Assembly: GCF_001194135.2 (NCBI RefSeq)
Contig: NC_068988.1
Span: 81,422,950-81,459,808 of the forward strand
Length of the DNA stretch: 36,859 nucleotides
Direction: 5' to 3'
Source: Octopus bimaculoides
Taxonomy: Eukaryota
Part shown: one piece after another, positions 35,141 through 36,859 of the stretch
Layout of the letters: every line of letters starts with the position of its first letter
Position numbering within the stretch: position 1 is the first letter of the stretch
The notes under the pieces: generated by a model
Databases searched by the model: none
Told to the model about the DNA's origin: nothing
Seen by the model: the letters and a program-made list of their open reading frames with translations, nothing else
Made by a program: the position numbers and the translations under genes

Positions 35141-36224
35141 TTTGACTTAACTCAGCCTCCAAATTTGTGGGAGCAGTGTAATTGATTACATTACTATATA
35201 TTTTACTGACTGTAGATTTGAACTTAGAATGTAAAGTGATGGGACCAAATACTATATTCTATAGTACTCCAAAGGGAATGGTAAAATGTTGAATCTATAA
35301 GAGTAAAGGAAAAAATATAAAAAAACAAAACACCTTTTCTTTACTTCTCATTATTGCGATAATTTGAGCATAAATGCCACTAATTACTAATGAAATTCAG
35401 TGGAAAAGGAGGATGAATGTCTCTGAGTTCAATTTCATGTTGTTTACAGATGAATTTTAAGACCCTATGGGTAAAATTATTAATATACAAGGGATAAAAT
35501 TTGTTCTCTTTTACAGCATATTCAAGGAAAGAATATGCTTGATTTAAGAATACATATTTTTTACACTCACATGCACATACAATCCCCAATGACACATCCA
35601 CTTTATCCACACACACACACACACACACATGCACACACACACACACACACACATAAATATACTTTTATATATATATGAATATACATATATATGTATACAC
35701 ATATATAAGTATGTAAATGTGTGTATACATATATATGCAAATGATTCAAATGTCACTATTTCTGTAACAACTGCCAGGTGTTGTAATTGCTTGCATGCAA
35801 TAATGTTGTTCAATCATAAAGAATTGTTAAAGTTCAACCATGCTATCAAATTAGTTATTTTCCTCCCATATTTGATTCTCCAAGAATTACTAACAAAAGA
35901 TGGTATAGGGTTAAGATCTTTGCTAAACATAATAAAAAAATTAAGTAAACTTTCTCCTGCAAACTGTTCGTGACTGAAGTAAAGGTCTTCATATACAGAC
36001 TGGCATTCATAAATGTGTTATGTTAGCAATGAAAGAAGTTAGACATGAAAATTGACAAGGAATATAACAACCTTTGGGCATGTTTTTCTGTTGATCATCA
36101 ACTACATTGACATTGGGAAGTTTTAAATGGTTTGTAAGTTGACATCGGTTAACGTCTGTATGCCTGTCTGTCAGTCTGTCTATCTGTCTGTCTCTTTATC
36201 TCCATGCATTCACATCCCACTCAT

Positions 36225-36365
36225 ATGAAAATGAGTACCAGCTGCTGCTGTTGCTCATTTTCAGCTGACAGGAATGAAGCAATGCTTTTCTCCAGGACAT
36301 AATGAACTGAACTCACAAACCTAAAGATCATAAGCCCAACAGTGAAGTCACTGCACAACACATCT
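36225..36365 (-). mobile_element. Degenerate SINE family 3 copy
   Basis: cagctgacaggaatgaagcaatgcttttctccaggacataat...aagatcataagcccaac parallels 29230-29345. Confidence 0.6.
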
Positions 36366-36382
36366 TCATTTCATACACACAT

Positions 36383-36383
<1 letters not shown>

Positions 36384-36432
<49 letters not shown>

Positions 36433-36540
36433 CACACTCACACACACACACACACAACACACTCACACACACACACACACACACACATGCACATACACAT
36501 GTGCGCACACACACAAACATATATACATATGTGTGTGTAT
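36384..36540. repeat. (CA)n microsatellite
   Basis: Directly visible. Confidence 0.95.
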
Positions 36541-36859
36541 GTGTATGTAATAGTACTAACCAACAGAGAAAAACAACTACAACAACCTTATCTCGCTGAC
36601 ATACTACGACAAAATCTCCAAGATGCAGATAAGATAGAGATTTTTATTTATTTACGGCCTCAAACATCTCATACCTTCGCGCTTTAGTTTGCCCTCTAAT
36701 ATTTATCTTGTTTCTCTCCATGAAATTCAATTGAATTCAGTTGTTGTCTTAAATTCATACTTATTCATTTTCTAAGCTTCCTAAATTCATGCTACGTTAT
36801 ATTCTATTCACCTAGAATTCATTGCTCTTTTAAAAATTACGATTTATGCATTGTTGTCT

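Noticed and set aside
35760-36130. Open stretches on both strands (QELLTKDGIGLRSLL; SVYEDLYFSHEQF...)
   Set aside because: Only vague resemblance to LINE C-termini; no splice signals or diagnostic motif.
9827-36599. Dozens of ORFs made of HT/YI/CV/LSIY/II runs, and ORFs spanning X
   Set aside because: Translations of microsatellites or N gaps.
36675-36695. Possible 21-nt phase 1-1 microexon upstream of the TM exon (AAG|GTATGA donor on the minus strand)
   Set aside because: The donor is good but the acceptor region is purine-rich with no polypyrimidine tract; it would need RNA-seq support.

Overview
AT-rich, microsatellite-saturated animal genomic DNA with four N gaps. The SINE and LINE repertoire resembles an octopus (cephalopod) genome; this is recognition from memory, not a database result. 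One convincing host exon is present: minus strand 32128-32480, encoding a transmembrane helix plus an 87-aa cytoplasmic tail, and probably the last coding exon of a single-pass membrane protein whose upstream exons are not visible. The rest is mostly decayed mobile DNA: a Ty3/Gypsy remnant (RT-RNaseH-integrase, PPT, 3' LTR) on the minus strand, a near full-length RTE LINE pseudogene plus several RTE fragments, three tRNA-derived SINE families, Penelope-like pieces (GIY-YIG and pseudo-LTRs), R4/Dong-type endonuclease fragments, an internally deleted Tc1/mariner element, a TA-targeting MITE, a ~590-bp near-perfect palindrome and several minisatellites. I found no new protein-coding system. The most interesting signals are RNA-structural: a variant minimal hammerhead-like motif and related core-box relics in Penelope-like termini, the long foldback, and a hairpin-bearing tandem array in the RTE 3' end.
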